This document shows positions 1 through 11,973 of a stretch of DNA of 64,000 nucleotides, piece by piece (position 1 is the first letter of the stretch; every line of letters begins with the position of its first letter). A program made the position numbers and the translations under genes. The notes beneath the pieces were generated by a model, which saw nothing but the letters and a program-made list of their open reading frames with translations, was not told the DNA's origin and did not search any database. Origin of the DNA: Nemertoderma westbladi (taxonomy: Eukaryota; Animalia; Xenacoelomorpha); contig JAUCBJ010006962.1 in NCBI GenBank assembly GCA_032718475.1, positions 151,976 through 215,975 of the forward strand, written 5' to 3'.

Positions 1-16
1 GGAGTTAGATACGACA

Positions 17-2242
17 TTGACCTTATTCTATTGGACGGACACATCCTTGGTGTTAGTATACATTGCGGCCGACAATATTGCACTAAAGACATTTGTGGCC
101 AATAGATGCGCTCAGATCGTTGACTTTTCGACGAAGGAACAATGGAGACATTGTCCGGGAGTATTGAACCCGGCCGACATAACTTCGAGAGGTGCAATGC
201 CGGCGGAATTCTGTCAGGAAGAGTCGCAGGAGTTTTGGTTGCATGGACCTGATTTTCTAACAAGGACACAGGAACATTGGCCAGAGCGACTAAAGATAGT
301 GACCAATCCGATGCCTGAAGATGCAGAAGTCAAGGTGGAGAAAGTCTCTAAGTCAAAGTCTAAAGCCAAACTTAAGTCATTGGAGCGGCCTGAAGAGTCA
401 TTGGAGCGGCCTGAAGAGTTATTGGAGCGGCCCGGAGACCTGTCAGACCTACAGACTTACGTGACTACTAGGTCAGGAAGGGTAAGTTATGACATAAAAC
501 CACCCTTACAGACTAAACCAGAGTCACAGTTGGTAAGTGACGGACAGAAAATGACCGACACAATGGAGCCTTTGGTTTCCAAACCTGCGGGTTTGGATTC
601 GAAACTTCCATTAATTAGCGGACAACCGTCGCTGGCATTAGAGCCATGTAGTATTTATGACAAATTACTAAATTCGTCTGCCTCTTGGCTGACAATTTGT
701 AAAAGAACTGCGTGGTTAAGCCGATACATTTCGTACCTTTGTTTAAAACATTCGAAACATTTGAGAGAACCATCGAGCACCAATAGTGAGCGAATTCAGA
801 AATTGAAACAACCTCTGACAGAGGATGAGATTGATCAAGCGGAATTAAAGCATTTGAAGCACTATCAAATGTGTGCCTTCCCAAAAGAATTCCATCTATT
901 ATCGGCTCAACGACCAGTTCTCTATAAACCCCTTAGAAAATGGAGTCCATTAATCCATAAGGGTTTAATTTGTCATAGATCGAGAATCCAGACTGTCGAC
1001 ATAAACTCACAGTTTAGGTTCCCAGTGATAATCCCTAGTCACCCAATAGAATTGCAAAGAGCGATTCTGTGGGATATACACAAGAGGTTGCATCACGCGG
1101 GAAAGTTACACTGTTTGTCGGCAGCGAGACAGCGATTCATTCTATTGCAGCCAAGCAGGGCAGTCGGCACTATGTATGACGCCTGTCTGGTTTGCAAGAG
1201 GGTGAACGCCAGAGTATTGGAACAGGAGATGGCTGAACTCCCGGAAGCGAGAGTGCAGGCATATGACCCACCTTTTACGAACACAGGGGTGGATTGTTTT
1301 GGTCCGATTGAAGCAAAGAGTGGACGGCTGACCCACAAGCGATGGGGTCTGCTACTGACATGCATGGCTAGTAGAGCCATACACATTGAGCGTGTGGCAG
1401 ACATGTCGATCAAATCTCTGCTCCTGGCCTTAAAGAGATTTATGGCCAGGAGAGGACTAGTAAAGGCGTTCTACTCTGACAAGGGTACAAACTTTGTCGG
1501 GGGGAACAGCGAGTTAAACGCGGCTCACAAAGCAGCACAGAATAAAGAAATTTCTGCAGCACTTTTACCGCAAAGAGTAGAGTGGAGATTTAATACTCCA
1601 GAAAGTCCTTGGAGAGGAGGAAGTTGGGAGCGTTTAGTTCGCTCTGTAAAACAGGCCATTGCTAAGACGTTGCCTGTAAACAAACAACTTACCAACGACG
1701 AACTGGTCACAGCTTTCATCGAAATCGAGCATACATTAAACTCGAGGCCGATAGCTATGTTACCAGACGGTGTTGCATTAACGCCGAATCATTTGCTAAT
1801 GCAGAGTCCAGCATTTCTTGTGCCGGCATCAGAACCCATTAGTGCCGACCTATATAGTCGTAAGAGCTGGAAAATGACACAGTTTATTGCGTACACATTC
1901 TGGGAATATTGGCGGGAATACTATCTTCCCACCATATCCACCAGAACAAAGTGGTACAAAACGGTTCGGAGTCTCCAAAGGGGAGATTACGTACTGATAA
2001 CCAAGCCGATTGTCAAGAGAAAGTATTGGGAGACGGGAGTTATCTTGCATATACACCCAGACGTGCAAAACATAGTGCGCACAGTCACTGTGAAAATTAG
2101 GTGCAAGTGTCCGCACCCAAAGAAGTGTAAAACTAATGGCTTACACACCTTGGACCGACCGGTCCAAGATATCATGTTATTAGAGGAGACACGCATCGAG
2201 ACGGGAGATTATAATTTGTCTCCTGCCTCAAAACAGAATTAG
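17..2242 (+). CDS. pol: BEL/Pao Pol C-terminal part (RNase H tail, HHCC zinc-binding region, DDE integrase, C-terminal domain); 5'-incomplete
   Basis: FYWTD, QWRHCPGVLNPADITSRG, IHKRLHHAG...CLVC, GVDCFGP, YSDKGTNFVG, GGSWERLVRSVK, LNSRP, LTPNHLL. Confidence 0.95.
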   Translation: MTLFYWTDTSLVLVYIAADNIALKTFVANRCAQIVDFSTKEQWRHCPGVLNPADITSRGAMPAEFCQEESQEFWLHGPDFLTRTQEHWPERLKIVTNPMPEDAEVKVEKVSKSKSKAKLKSLERPEESLERPEELLERPGDLSDLQTYVTTRSGRVSYDIKPPLQTKPESQLVSDGQKMTDTMEPLVSKPAGLDSKLPLISGQPSLALEPCSIYDKLLNSSASWLTICKRTAWLSRYISYLCLKHSKHLREPSSTNSERIQKLKQPLTEDEIDQAELKHLKHYQMCAFPKEFHLLSAQRPVLYKPLRKWSPLIHKGLICHRSRIQTVDINSQFRFPVIIPSHPIELQRAILWDIHKRLHHAGKLHCLSAARQRFILLQPSRAVGTMYDACLVCKRVNARVLEQEMAELPEARVQAYDPPFTNTGVDCFGPIEAKSGRLTHKRWGLLLTCMASRAIHIERVADMSIKSLLLALKRFMARRGLVKAFYSDKGTNFVGGNSELNAAHKAAQNKEISAALLPQRVEWRFNTPESPWRGGSWERLVRSVKQAIAKTLPVNKQLTNDELVTAFIEIEHTLNSRPIAMLPDGVALTPNHLLMQSPAFLVPASEPISADLYSRKSWKMTQFIAYTFWEYWREYYLPTISTRTKWYKTVRSLQRGDYVLITKPIVKRKYWETGVILHIHPDVQNIVRTVTVKIRCKCPHPKKCKTNGLHTLDRPVQDIMLLEETRIETGDYNLSPASKQN

Positions 2243-3006
2243 TGTTAGACGCAACTCACTTCGTATGCATTCCTCGTATGCAAATCCAAGGAAATGCATA
2301 GGAGCGGGGTTGTGGTGATTTGCGTTGAGTTTTGTCTGGTGGGTATCAAAACAAAATTTTATTTTCAAAATTTTTGGAAAATTTTAAATTTTAAAAATTA
2401 GAAGCGAACCCAAGACAATTCCAGATGCTGTGTATAGACGCGTTTTAGAATTCGTCTATAGAATAAACAGTAATTTGAAAAGTCGTGAAGCCTGGAAAAT
2501 AGCATTTAGAAACCATGGTGACAGCTATATTACGTAGGAGTGTAAATTGAGTTTAGCAACTTCCACAGATTGGTGCCAACAGTGCAACTAAGGTGCTAAA
2601 GGTTAGTAGCACCAGAGGCGTACGCGGACCCCACTCAGTAGTTTGCAGTGAAGTGTGATATTCGATTATCAAACCTGTGGGTTTGGTATAGTCGAGTATT
2701 GAGACTATGGTCCTTTCTAACTACTGTAGTTTAGTACGAGTAATGGGAGTAGTTTGGGCATCAAAAAGTGAGTTGGTCACGGCCAGTTTATCTCCAAAGT
2801 TTTTGCGCTATGCATGGGAATAGGTTAGAGGATAGTTAGTTAGGAAGAGACGGGATCTAGAGAGTCGAACCTGAACTGCTGGAAGGCAGCGGGGGGGGGG
2901 GTTCGGGAGGTCTGTCTTTCGGCAACATCTAACTGATTTACCCACAGTGTAATTGGTTACGTAACGGAACACTTATTGGGATATATATGTATATACGCGG
3001 GGCATA

Positions 3007-6000
3007 ATGGAGAAGGATATTAGAGCGCAACCGCGCAGAGGATTTACTGCTAGAGAGGAGGCGGAGCTACCATTCGCGCGACCAGGATGTAAAGATTCTA
3101 ATGTTTACTACCATGGGTGGTCGGTGATGGAGCTAAATGGGAAATACATACCCACTTATGATAAGGAATTACGGAGGGAAAGAATGAGAGCGTTGGGGGA
3201 CCATATGGAAGTTCTGCGGAAAGAGTATCGCACTCGGTATCCCTACGACTTCGCTTTAGACGTGTGCGACATCAGCGCAGATCCGGACGAAGAGATCGCG
3301 CGGCTGTACCACATGAATATGTATTTACGACATGAAGAACCTCTACCTGCAGTCCGCGATCAGTTCGACGGAATGCATCTGTACCGGAGGACTCGAGGCG
3401 AGGATCAGGAGACGCCGAAAATCTTCAGCGTGTACAAGTTGTTTTACAAGTGTGGTGAATGCATGAACAAACAAGACGAGCGATTCCCGACCGACTAGAC
3501 GAGCAACATCCAGAACCGATATTAACGCGATGTCCAGCTCACCAGTTCCTTAGATATAACGAGGGAGGTTACCCGATGAGCAACCCGATGATCAGTATCG
3601 ACTTCAGCGGAAAGCGACCTCCAAGACCTATTACGCCGACCGTTACGACATTAGATCCGTATACGGAGATTAAACCCTGTTCGACACCCAGTTTGATAGA
3701 GACGGCAGCGGCCATTTCGCTGTACCAAGGATCTAGAGGCGCGGCGCGAAGCGGCACGGGACTCGGGTACCAAACCGAGCTCTCGTTTGGAGCTCTCGAG
3801 TCCCTGGACTGCGTTTACTTCACCTCACCGAGCGAGAACCCTCACTCCTGAGCATCAGGACGACATAGACGCGTTGCGGCAGGAGGAGCGAGCGGCGAAG
3901 GCGAAAGAGTTATTCGAGAATAGGATAGCGGAGTATAATAAGACCGCGGATAGACATCAAGAGGAGACTAGGAGAGTGACCGGATTTGTTCCACAGGTCG
4001 TATCTCAACCCCGACCGGTGTATTATTCCGATGGCAACGAACCTGCGATATTAGTAGATCATCCAGAGTCGCGAGAAGCGATAAGCTTCTTGCCGATGGT
4101 AAGAATGGCGGATCATTGGAACGTTGACTGTCTACGGGAAGTTTTATACGCGAAGTTCTTGCGTGATGTCCCAATGCAGATCACAGATTATGACACATTG
4201 GACAAGATTGGAGCTCCGGGGAAGGAGAGCAAACTGTTTGGATGGTTGGATAAGTACATCAAAGTATGGGTCGCGGTGGCTACATTCCCAGACGACGAGG
4301 AGGTAGACCAGACGTGGCTGAGGAGAAAGGGTTCTTACACCCGATATGATGACCACAAGGCTATCGAGCGCATGTGGACCCCATCAGACGAGATTCAGCG
4401 TCAGTGGAGGAAAACGGAGGAATCACTGCAGGATTGGAGGGTGATGTTCTATGACAATGAAGGAGGGTCCCATCAGGAATGTTTGACTAGCAAGTGCATT
4501 CAAATTCGTGCAGCCGATGGTGTGACTCATGTGTTTATGCGCGTGAGGGCGGATCGAGAGAAACCATCATAACGACACAATATCGGAGGGGGAAGGATCC
4601 TAGGGAGCAGATTTTGGAGGTATGCAGGCGAGGAGGTATGCACGGAGCAGAGCGTATTGACGCCAGGATGCTACCCAAGAAGGTTAGAGAGGCTATTCTC
4701 AACCAAGATTACGTCAAGGTGGGATCAGGAGTCCAGAGCGATTTGGAGAGTGACTTCAACGCCATGACTGATCTGGAAGATAGATTGCCGAGACCGTTTG
4801 TCGACACCAAGCTATTGTTGCTATGGGCACAGGATATTGGAATTTATAGGGAGTATCCCAACTCTGCCAAGACTGGTATGGGCTTTATAGCACATTTGTT
4901 GTATAATTGGGACTTTAAGTTAAAGACGCAGAAGAAGTACGAGGAGGCGTATGGTGAATACAACACGCGACTGGGAGCGGAGTTCAAATCCCACTTCAAG
5001 CGGCAAGCGTTAGTGTATTGGAACATTTGCGCGCCACCCCGTGCGTCGCTACAATATTATTTGGTGCTTGAGTCGAACACGGTGACTTGTTTATTAGCGG
5101 ATATCGTTGCGTGAGTTTTGAAGCGTCATCGATTGGTATTCGGAGGAGATCAATACGTTCGCTCGAAAGGGGGAATCCAATCCGACGTGATGAAGCATTT
5201 CTTAACCCCGTTCTTCAACCAATCGTTAGAGAATACGTCGATGGTTAGGAGAGGATTAGCGATATTCGAAGGAGTATATCGACAGAACATCGGAGATTTG
5301 GGAGACCGACCGTCGATGGAGTATCCGACGCCAGAGGCCTTGGAGAAGTGGTTCGGGAATCAAACCCGCGGGTTTGGTACTCCCTTCCACTCGGAGGCTG
5401 ATAGACCCGTTAAGGAGGGTTGGCCGGAGACGTTAGTAGAGGTGTTCGGAGTAGATCTTCCGGTGGAGAAGACATATCCGAAACGAACGCGGGAGGAAAT
5501 ATTGGAGATAGAGGACAAGGGCGAGGATGTTTACTTTGTTCCAGATCGACAACCGCTGACCGGAGAGGACGACATCGTATTAGACATTGGGAAAGAAGGA
5601 AGTGCGAAACCGATTGGAGACCTCATATACGAGAGGGCCTGGTTTCCTCAAGCGCGGAGGTGTAAGTTGTGCGGCAGCATAAGGCACAATCAAAAATCGT
5701 GCAACGCGGTAGTAGAGGCGGCGCATAAGGTCTGCCGTTGGTGTAATGAGACCGACCATTCGTTTCACACATGCACCGTCTTCATTTCTTAATGCGGATA
5801 CTGTGGGGTAAAGGGACATCGCAGCGCGAGATGTCAGCTGCGAGACGATTCCTTCCAAAACCACAGCGCTAACCTACTTCGAGAGATGCTAGATAAGTGG
5901 GAGTGTGTGGCCGACTACCACATCCAAGCGCAGATGCGTTGGTTACCATTTAAGGCGGGATACGGGTTTTGGGCAGTAGACCCATCTCACGTTGCGTATG

Positions 6001-6665
6001 AGCCGTATCTACAGTCTTTGCCACAATATCAGGAGCTCATCTTGACCGCTCAAGACCTTCCACAGAACACTGGAGTAATTGTTGTTCGGGAATACTTTAG
6101 ACAACTAAATATGGATAACAAGTACACTTGGAACTTCGTTGCTATTTGCGATCGAATCACGTAGGGTGTATTTTCGGAAACTAGAAAGGTGGTACGCGCG
6201 AGAGGAGATTGGAGGATGGCGGCTATACAATACCGCAACGATTTCTTGTTGACTCATGTACCAGTGGGGTCATTGACCGCTGAGAGGATGCAGGAGCAGA
6301 GAATCGCAGCGACCACAGCGACAACCGCTGGAGCTCAAGGCTCGCGGAAAGAACCAGGAGGAGAGGTCCAAGACAAGCGTCAAGTCAAGGACGACCACTA
6401 TCACTCCATTATAGAGGCACAGCGATTGCAGCGCAAGGCGCAGGGGGCGTCGGAAAAGGCGCGCGTGCAATTGCAGAAAGAAGAGTTGGCGGAAGCGACC
6501 GTAGGAGCACGACAATCGGGATGAGGCCGAGGTAGAAGTACCAGCCTGGAGTCTGTCAGGGCTCAGGGAACATCGTCGCCGGTTCCGGGGAGTGACGCCT
6601 CACGGACGCCATCAACAGAGTCGACTAGAGGAAGATTGGTACCTAAAGAGGTGAGGTCTCTATAG
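3007..6665 (+). pseudogene. Extra ORF of element A (reconstructed ~1200 aa, three CCHC knuckles, not Env-like), broken by frameshifts and stops
   Basis: ORF pieces 3007-3498, 3459-3851, 3787-4572, 4494-5114, 5118-5792, 5886-6164 and 6189-6524 join into one frame when compared with copy B, whose lesions are at other positions. Knuckles: CKLCGSIRHNQKSC, CRWCNETDHSFHTC, CGYCGVKGHRSARC. Confidence 0.85.
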
Positions 6666-8342
6666 GGGTGCCAGTAACAGGCGGCGGCGGACTCGTGAGG
6701 GTCTGGGGGCACGTTAAATCTTCTTCTAAGTGCAAGGGAGATACTGAAGGCCCTCGTGTCTAGCGAACCATGAATCAACATGGTGCCGTGGTACCGTCTA
6801 GTCGGCCTGTTGCCGTACTGCCAGTCCTGTACACAGTAGGGGTGGTGGCATGGCGTGATTTGTGGTTCATGTGGTGTGAACTGTGATTTGTATGTGGGCG
6901 ATCAGTGACAGTTTACTTGGAGCTCGGATGGGTTCCTTTGGCCATCAGCTGTTCCGTTTTTTTGATACTATATGTTATTGTCTCCATGTTCAGCTGATTG
7001 GGTTTTGGGATTTGTTTGGGCCTTTGAGTTTTCTGTTGCTGTGGGTACGTGAGTACACGTGATTGTGTGTATGGCCACTGCGAGTGAGTGTGGGAAACCT
7101 TGCCAGTTGGCTCAGTCGCCGCTGGTATTAGTAGGACCATATTTTACTGCGCCCTAGCATACTTTGCGCACACAAAGTTATTTTGCCCTGACGGCAAAAT
7201 AAGGTACTCTCGACTCTCATGTTCTCTCTAGTCGATACAACTAGTCCCTCTCGATTTTGACCCCGATTTTGTCTTTCCCGATTATGACCTCTGTGTGTGC
7301 ATGGTATGTGTCCAATTTGTGTACTTGATATTGTGAACATCTGTTGAGTACACGTGTACAGTGACTGGTAAGTGGTTACTTGTTCTTAGCTTTTGAGCAA
7401 GACAGTATTGTTTTTTCAATACTGCCGGCGAGGCAGGTGAAAACGAGTCAAAATTCCATGTTGGGTAGCGCAAGCCCACATGGGACAAGACCGTCGGTTA
7501 GGCCCAAGGGCGACCTTGGTGCTCGATCGCTATCGACTGGCCCACCTGCCGGTTGACTCTCTGAGTTGGCTCAATGTACAGTCAGGCCACAGTAAGTTGA
7601 CAGTAGCCGACCATCTGGCTACACGTTCGACGAGCTGTGCCGGTGTGATCGGGGAATTGAAAATTGAACCCAGGAAGCATCGGACCACCCCCCGGCCCGG
7701 TCTGATAATAACATCAGTCGGACTGGCCCCAGGGGTGGTGGAAACACGTCCGCCTCGTGGGTGCGCCTCAGGGAGGAGCCCAGAAGGACGAAAGCGGTAT
7801 CTGGGAAGAGGGCGAAAGAGGGTAGCGAGCCCAAAGAACCCAGGAGCGGGTCAATAATGCATTTATAGCACAGGGCGACAGACTCTAGATATATACATCA
7901 TCGTCGCTCTGATGTATATTGTAGCATTTTAGAAATATCCGATTAGACTCATATACACTAGTTGCGCTGTTTTGAATTTATATTATGAGAGAGGCGAAGG
8001 AAGTGATTGGGGAGACAAACCTGCGGGTTTGGCTTACTCCTTTCACTTACCCTAGCAAAATTTTATATTTGATCTTGTATGTAGTAATCATTATGTAAGA
8101 ACGAACGAGAAACAATATTTTGTAAATTTAATTTGTATGTAATAATCGTTAAACAGTGAGAGAGATAATATTTTGTAAATTTAATTTGTATGCAATTCAT
8201 TATGCAATATCTATAGCAATATTTTGTAAATAGTAGGATTTATAGTATCAAGTATTTAGATTATTTGGAAGAAATTTATTTTGTTTGTATACATCACCTA
8301 TACTCTTCTACAGTTGGAGGGAAACATTGTATGATTTCCCTT

Positions 8343-8349
8343 GGAGCGG
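8343..8349 (+). promoter_or_regulatory. PPT-like plus-strand primer site (GGAGCGG) of element A
   Basis: Abuts the LTR TG. The same motif abuts the 3' LTR of B (52252-52258) and of C (54158-54165, minus). Confidence 0.75.
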
Positions 8350-10319
8350 TGTTATGGTATATGGCGCTGTACACATTATTAGCCATTATACAGTATAATA
8401 TATTGGTTCATTATACAGTATAATATATTAGTCCGTTATACTGTACGCAATATTAGTCCGTTATGCAGTATAATATTTTAGATAAGACATAATAGCGAGG
8501 TGATATTTAGATAAGGAAACTGAAACGCCCATATATTTTGAACTCATCCATTTTGTATAGTATGTAGCCCTACCTACGTAATTTTGTATTAAGATATAAG
8601 TAGATAGTTCCAGGGTAGCAAGTTCAGTTGGACCCTGGATATGTGCTTGCTGTTATTAGCTTCGATAGGGCCAGCATCTAGGGACGCAATCCTAACCATT
8701 CCGCAGCCAGGGACACGATCCATTACCATATATGGTAATAATTTACGGTTTGGAAGCCCTGAGGTTCACAATCCGGCTTTCTAATTGGACTAACTAATAT
8801 TCTTAACTGTGTTTCTCAATCAATCCTATTGATTACTGCTAATTACAACCGGAACTATGATTTCTACCTCTTCCGTTAATGGTTCTATGTAATTTATTTC
8901 GACGCAATAATCCTACGGGATTTCTGAGACTGTCAGACTTGTGATTTGCATGCGCCGCTACGGTAGCTATTCAATAAATGGAGGGCTAAGGTGCCAGTAG
9001 GCGGTGGGCGCATCGGGGGGTTAGCGACGAAGGGAGTGCGGAAGATTCAAAGGCGGGCAACGCTGGCGGGGGTCAACGTTGTGGTCGGGCAATTTGAACT
9101 GTAGGTAGAGACCGCTCGCTGGTACGGTAACTAGGGGGCTGATGATCCAGATTTTGTCTCTATTTAGTATTAGGGGGGCAGGAATTGGGTTAGTTAGGAA
9201 GCCTAGATGTACCCGGGAGGGGCCTGCATACCCTACAGTAAATTGCGAATTAGTCAATTGCGAATTATTACGTTGCGAATTATATAATTGCGGATTGTAT
9301 AATTGCAAGTTATACTATTGTGATCTGTGATTGCTGACGCTGATTGGTGTGTTACTGAAGTGTGCCTATGATTACGAATGCTTAGGTAGGCGCCCGTTTC
9401 TCTTTGATTGATTTCTATTTCTTAGTTACAACAAATAATTACTGATTAGGTCAAAGTAATACGGCATTTTAGGCTATTACTAGCGAAACCTGTTGTGTAA
9501 TAAATTAGAATTACGCATTCTGGAACTCTTAGTAATTAGTGCGCTGTTACATATTTGTGACTGTAATTGATTAGTAAAATTAAGAATTAGTACGCAGCAT
9601 AGCGGAGAGTAGCTAAGGTAATAATTTAGAGTACCGTAAACTATTCACGCTGAGCGGTTATTTGCATTAGCGGGCAATAAGCTAGATCGCAGTAGTCAGT
9701 ACGCAAGACACTAGTAGATTGCTGGCCTAAAGCCAGCTGCAGGCAAGTTTAGACCCAGAGCGGTATCACCCACGAAAGACAGTGTACTGTACCAATTTTT
9801 TGATTATTTTAAATATTCTCGCATTCACACATTCCGTTAGGGAATCCCCAGTATTCGCGATTAGAAAAGACGTAGACAATAGCGTGCTTTAATAGTGGTA
9901 AAATTAGGCGTAATAATACTCTGAGTGCAAAGCCTCTCGCACTCGTCTTAAGTAAGCTTAGGGAGCCGACTCGGGTTTATTGTTTTGGTTATTCCCGCGT
10001 GGCTCATAGATTCGAACAGTTAGCTCTCTATCGAGCGATCGGTAGAGAAAGGAACAAGCGATTTTGCAGGAGCTGTGTAAATTTAGTAAAATATATTAGC
10101 GGACGGCAGATTAGCGCCATCCAACGGTAAGTAGCGGTTTTGTATTTAGCAGCCTTTACATTTTAGTAATAGCACGCTCCTGATCCCCTTTACTTAACAG
10201 TAGAGCAGTCTTTGTGTCTTATTGGTTAGGCGAGAACTCATTAGGTTGGCAGAGAAGTATACGGGTATTTGTCTGTTCAACAGTTCTGCTGTTAGTATAG
10301 GGGTCGCGCCTGTTTAACA
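8350..10319 (+). repeat. 3' LTR of element A (~1.97 kb)
   Basis: TGTTATGG...GTTTAACA. Aligns with B LTR 35569-37835 and diverges exactly after TTTAACA. Confidence 0.92.
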
Positions 10320-10445
10320 CAATGTATCCTTGTGCATTTAGGTATTAATTGTGCTATGCTGTTAAATTTGGTATAAATAATCTGTACAGTATGTTTTATG
10401 GGCTCTGCCCGATGAATAAACTTGAAATTGAAATTGAATTGAAAA
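10320..10445 (+). repeat. LINE-like 3' tail (AATAAA followed by (TTGAAA)n)
   Basis: gaataaacttgaaattgaaattgaattgaaa resembles CR1/L2-group LINE 3' ends. Confidence 0.45.
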
Positions 10446-11457
10446 TTTAGTTACGATGCTATTTTAGAGTGTTGCTTGGCAACTCTGTAAACAACACTGC
10501 AGCTGATAAATATCTGAGATTCCTTTAGTTAGTTGTTCCATATTTTAATATAGGTAAGCATGCTGATAGTCCGGCAGCCACGTACCTCTTTTTGGCCCAA
10601 CCGAAAATTTTTGGACGGATTACATTTTTTGGTTGTTTTGGTGTCTATGGGTCCCTCTTAACATAAAAAAGTGATTTATGGACTTTGACACCTTGGGCAA
10701 TTTTAATTAATGACCCGTTTCTATGGACTACAGCAATTTCTTTGAAAGCTTAGCAATCAGAATGGCGATTAACTGGTGGGCTTGAACTGGTTGTAATTTT
10801 GATGGAAAATATGAAAATTTTAGAGAAACTATTGAAGTGTTGCTATGGTAACGAAGGCACTACAACTATCGCTCTATCTTTCCAAGGAAAAACTACTATG
10901 CCTACTGACACTCATGTGTTTTTTGTTTCGTTTGTGCACTTTATTAATAATATGTTTCCCTAAATAATATACACCACATCAATTTTGTATAGAAATATGT
11001 TTAGCAACAAATACCCGTATTCATGGAAACCACAGTAATTTATTGCGGACATCACATCGAAGCTTTTAAAACCTTGGCAAAAAATTATTACTTTAAAATG
11101 TATATAAATAAATTGTTTCCTGCTTGTTTCAGGTAGTGGCGCACTTTGACCGCAAGTGAAAATAGTGATCTTCAGCGCTAATTGACCGCAAGTGAAATAA
11201 TGCAGAGTTTATTGCTTTGGTTAAAAAACATCGCCACTGTAACCTGCTCCTTTCCCTTAATGTTTTTAATTAAATTAAACCAATTTTTAAAACCCACCAA
11301 ATTTATTTTGTGTTTGCGGACATTTTGCGCCATTGACTCACTTGTTTATACCAATTTTTTAATGAACACTAAATATACACAATTTAGTTAATGCATGGCG
11401 AATATGGAGACTATGCATTTTATATTATTCATTGTTTGATTATAATACAATATGAGA

Positions 11458-11968
11458 TTACGAAAAGTTTGCGCATGAATCTTTATTGTAGTTGCAAAAT
11501 TCTGTGTAATCATGTTTGTTTTTTCTGCAGGTGCACTTCTGCGATTTACATGGGATTTTGGATGAACAGTTACACCGAATTAATTGCAAAATGCATTCCG
11601 GAGCTGGTGGTATGCCCTCAGGTATTGCAATCGGGGAAAGTTGATTGTTAGCTATTATCCACCCATATTTTCTGGGGTCTACACTAGGTGGTTTAATTTC
11701 CATTGAGTTCTTCAACACCTTTACTTGCAAATGGGCCCTTTTCACGTTCTCTGAGAAGGAGTCAGTGGTCGGTGGTATTGTTTGCAGCTTTGCACAGCGG
11801 GTGATTGTTTTTTCTGTGCACACCTTTTGTCTGTGACTGGGTCATGTTGTCTGAGTCATATCCATAGCAGTCCCGCCAGTCAGTTATAAAGTTAGTACAT
11901 TCCATTAAGACTGTAGATTGCGGTGCTTCCATATCTCCCAAACAAGTAAGAGTGAGTCCTTTCTCCAA
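11458..11968 (-). pseudogene. Fragment of a transposon-associated protein with C-terminal tesmin/TSO1-like CXC cysteine cluster
   Basis: PPTTDSF..VKRAHLQ...YGW...PPAPECILQLIRCNCSSKIPCKSQKCTCRKN...FCN...SCAN; frameshifted. Confidence 0.6.
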
Positions 11969-11973
11969 AGCCT

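Larger units (their letters stand above)
1..10319 (+). mobile_element. BEL/Pao LTR retrotransposon, element A (3' part: end of pol, extra ORF, 3' LTR)
   Basis: Pol with integrase after RNase H, GGAGCGG PPT-like motif, LTR TG...CA. Colinear with and highly similar to element B (45047-52963 and B's 5' LTR). 3' flank is CAATG. Confidence 0.95.

Noticed and set aside
378-435. (LERPEES)x3 21-bp repeat in the Pol linker
   Set aside because: Ordinary low-complexity linker expansion.
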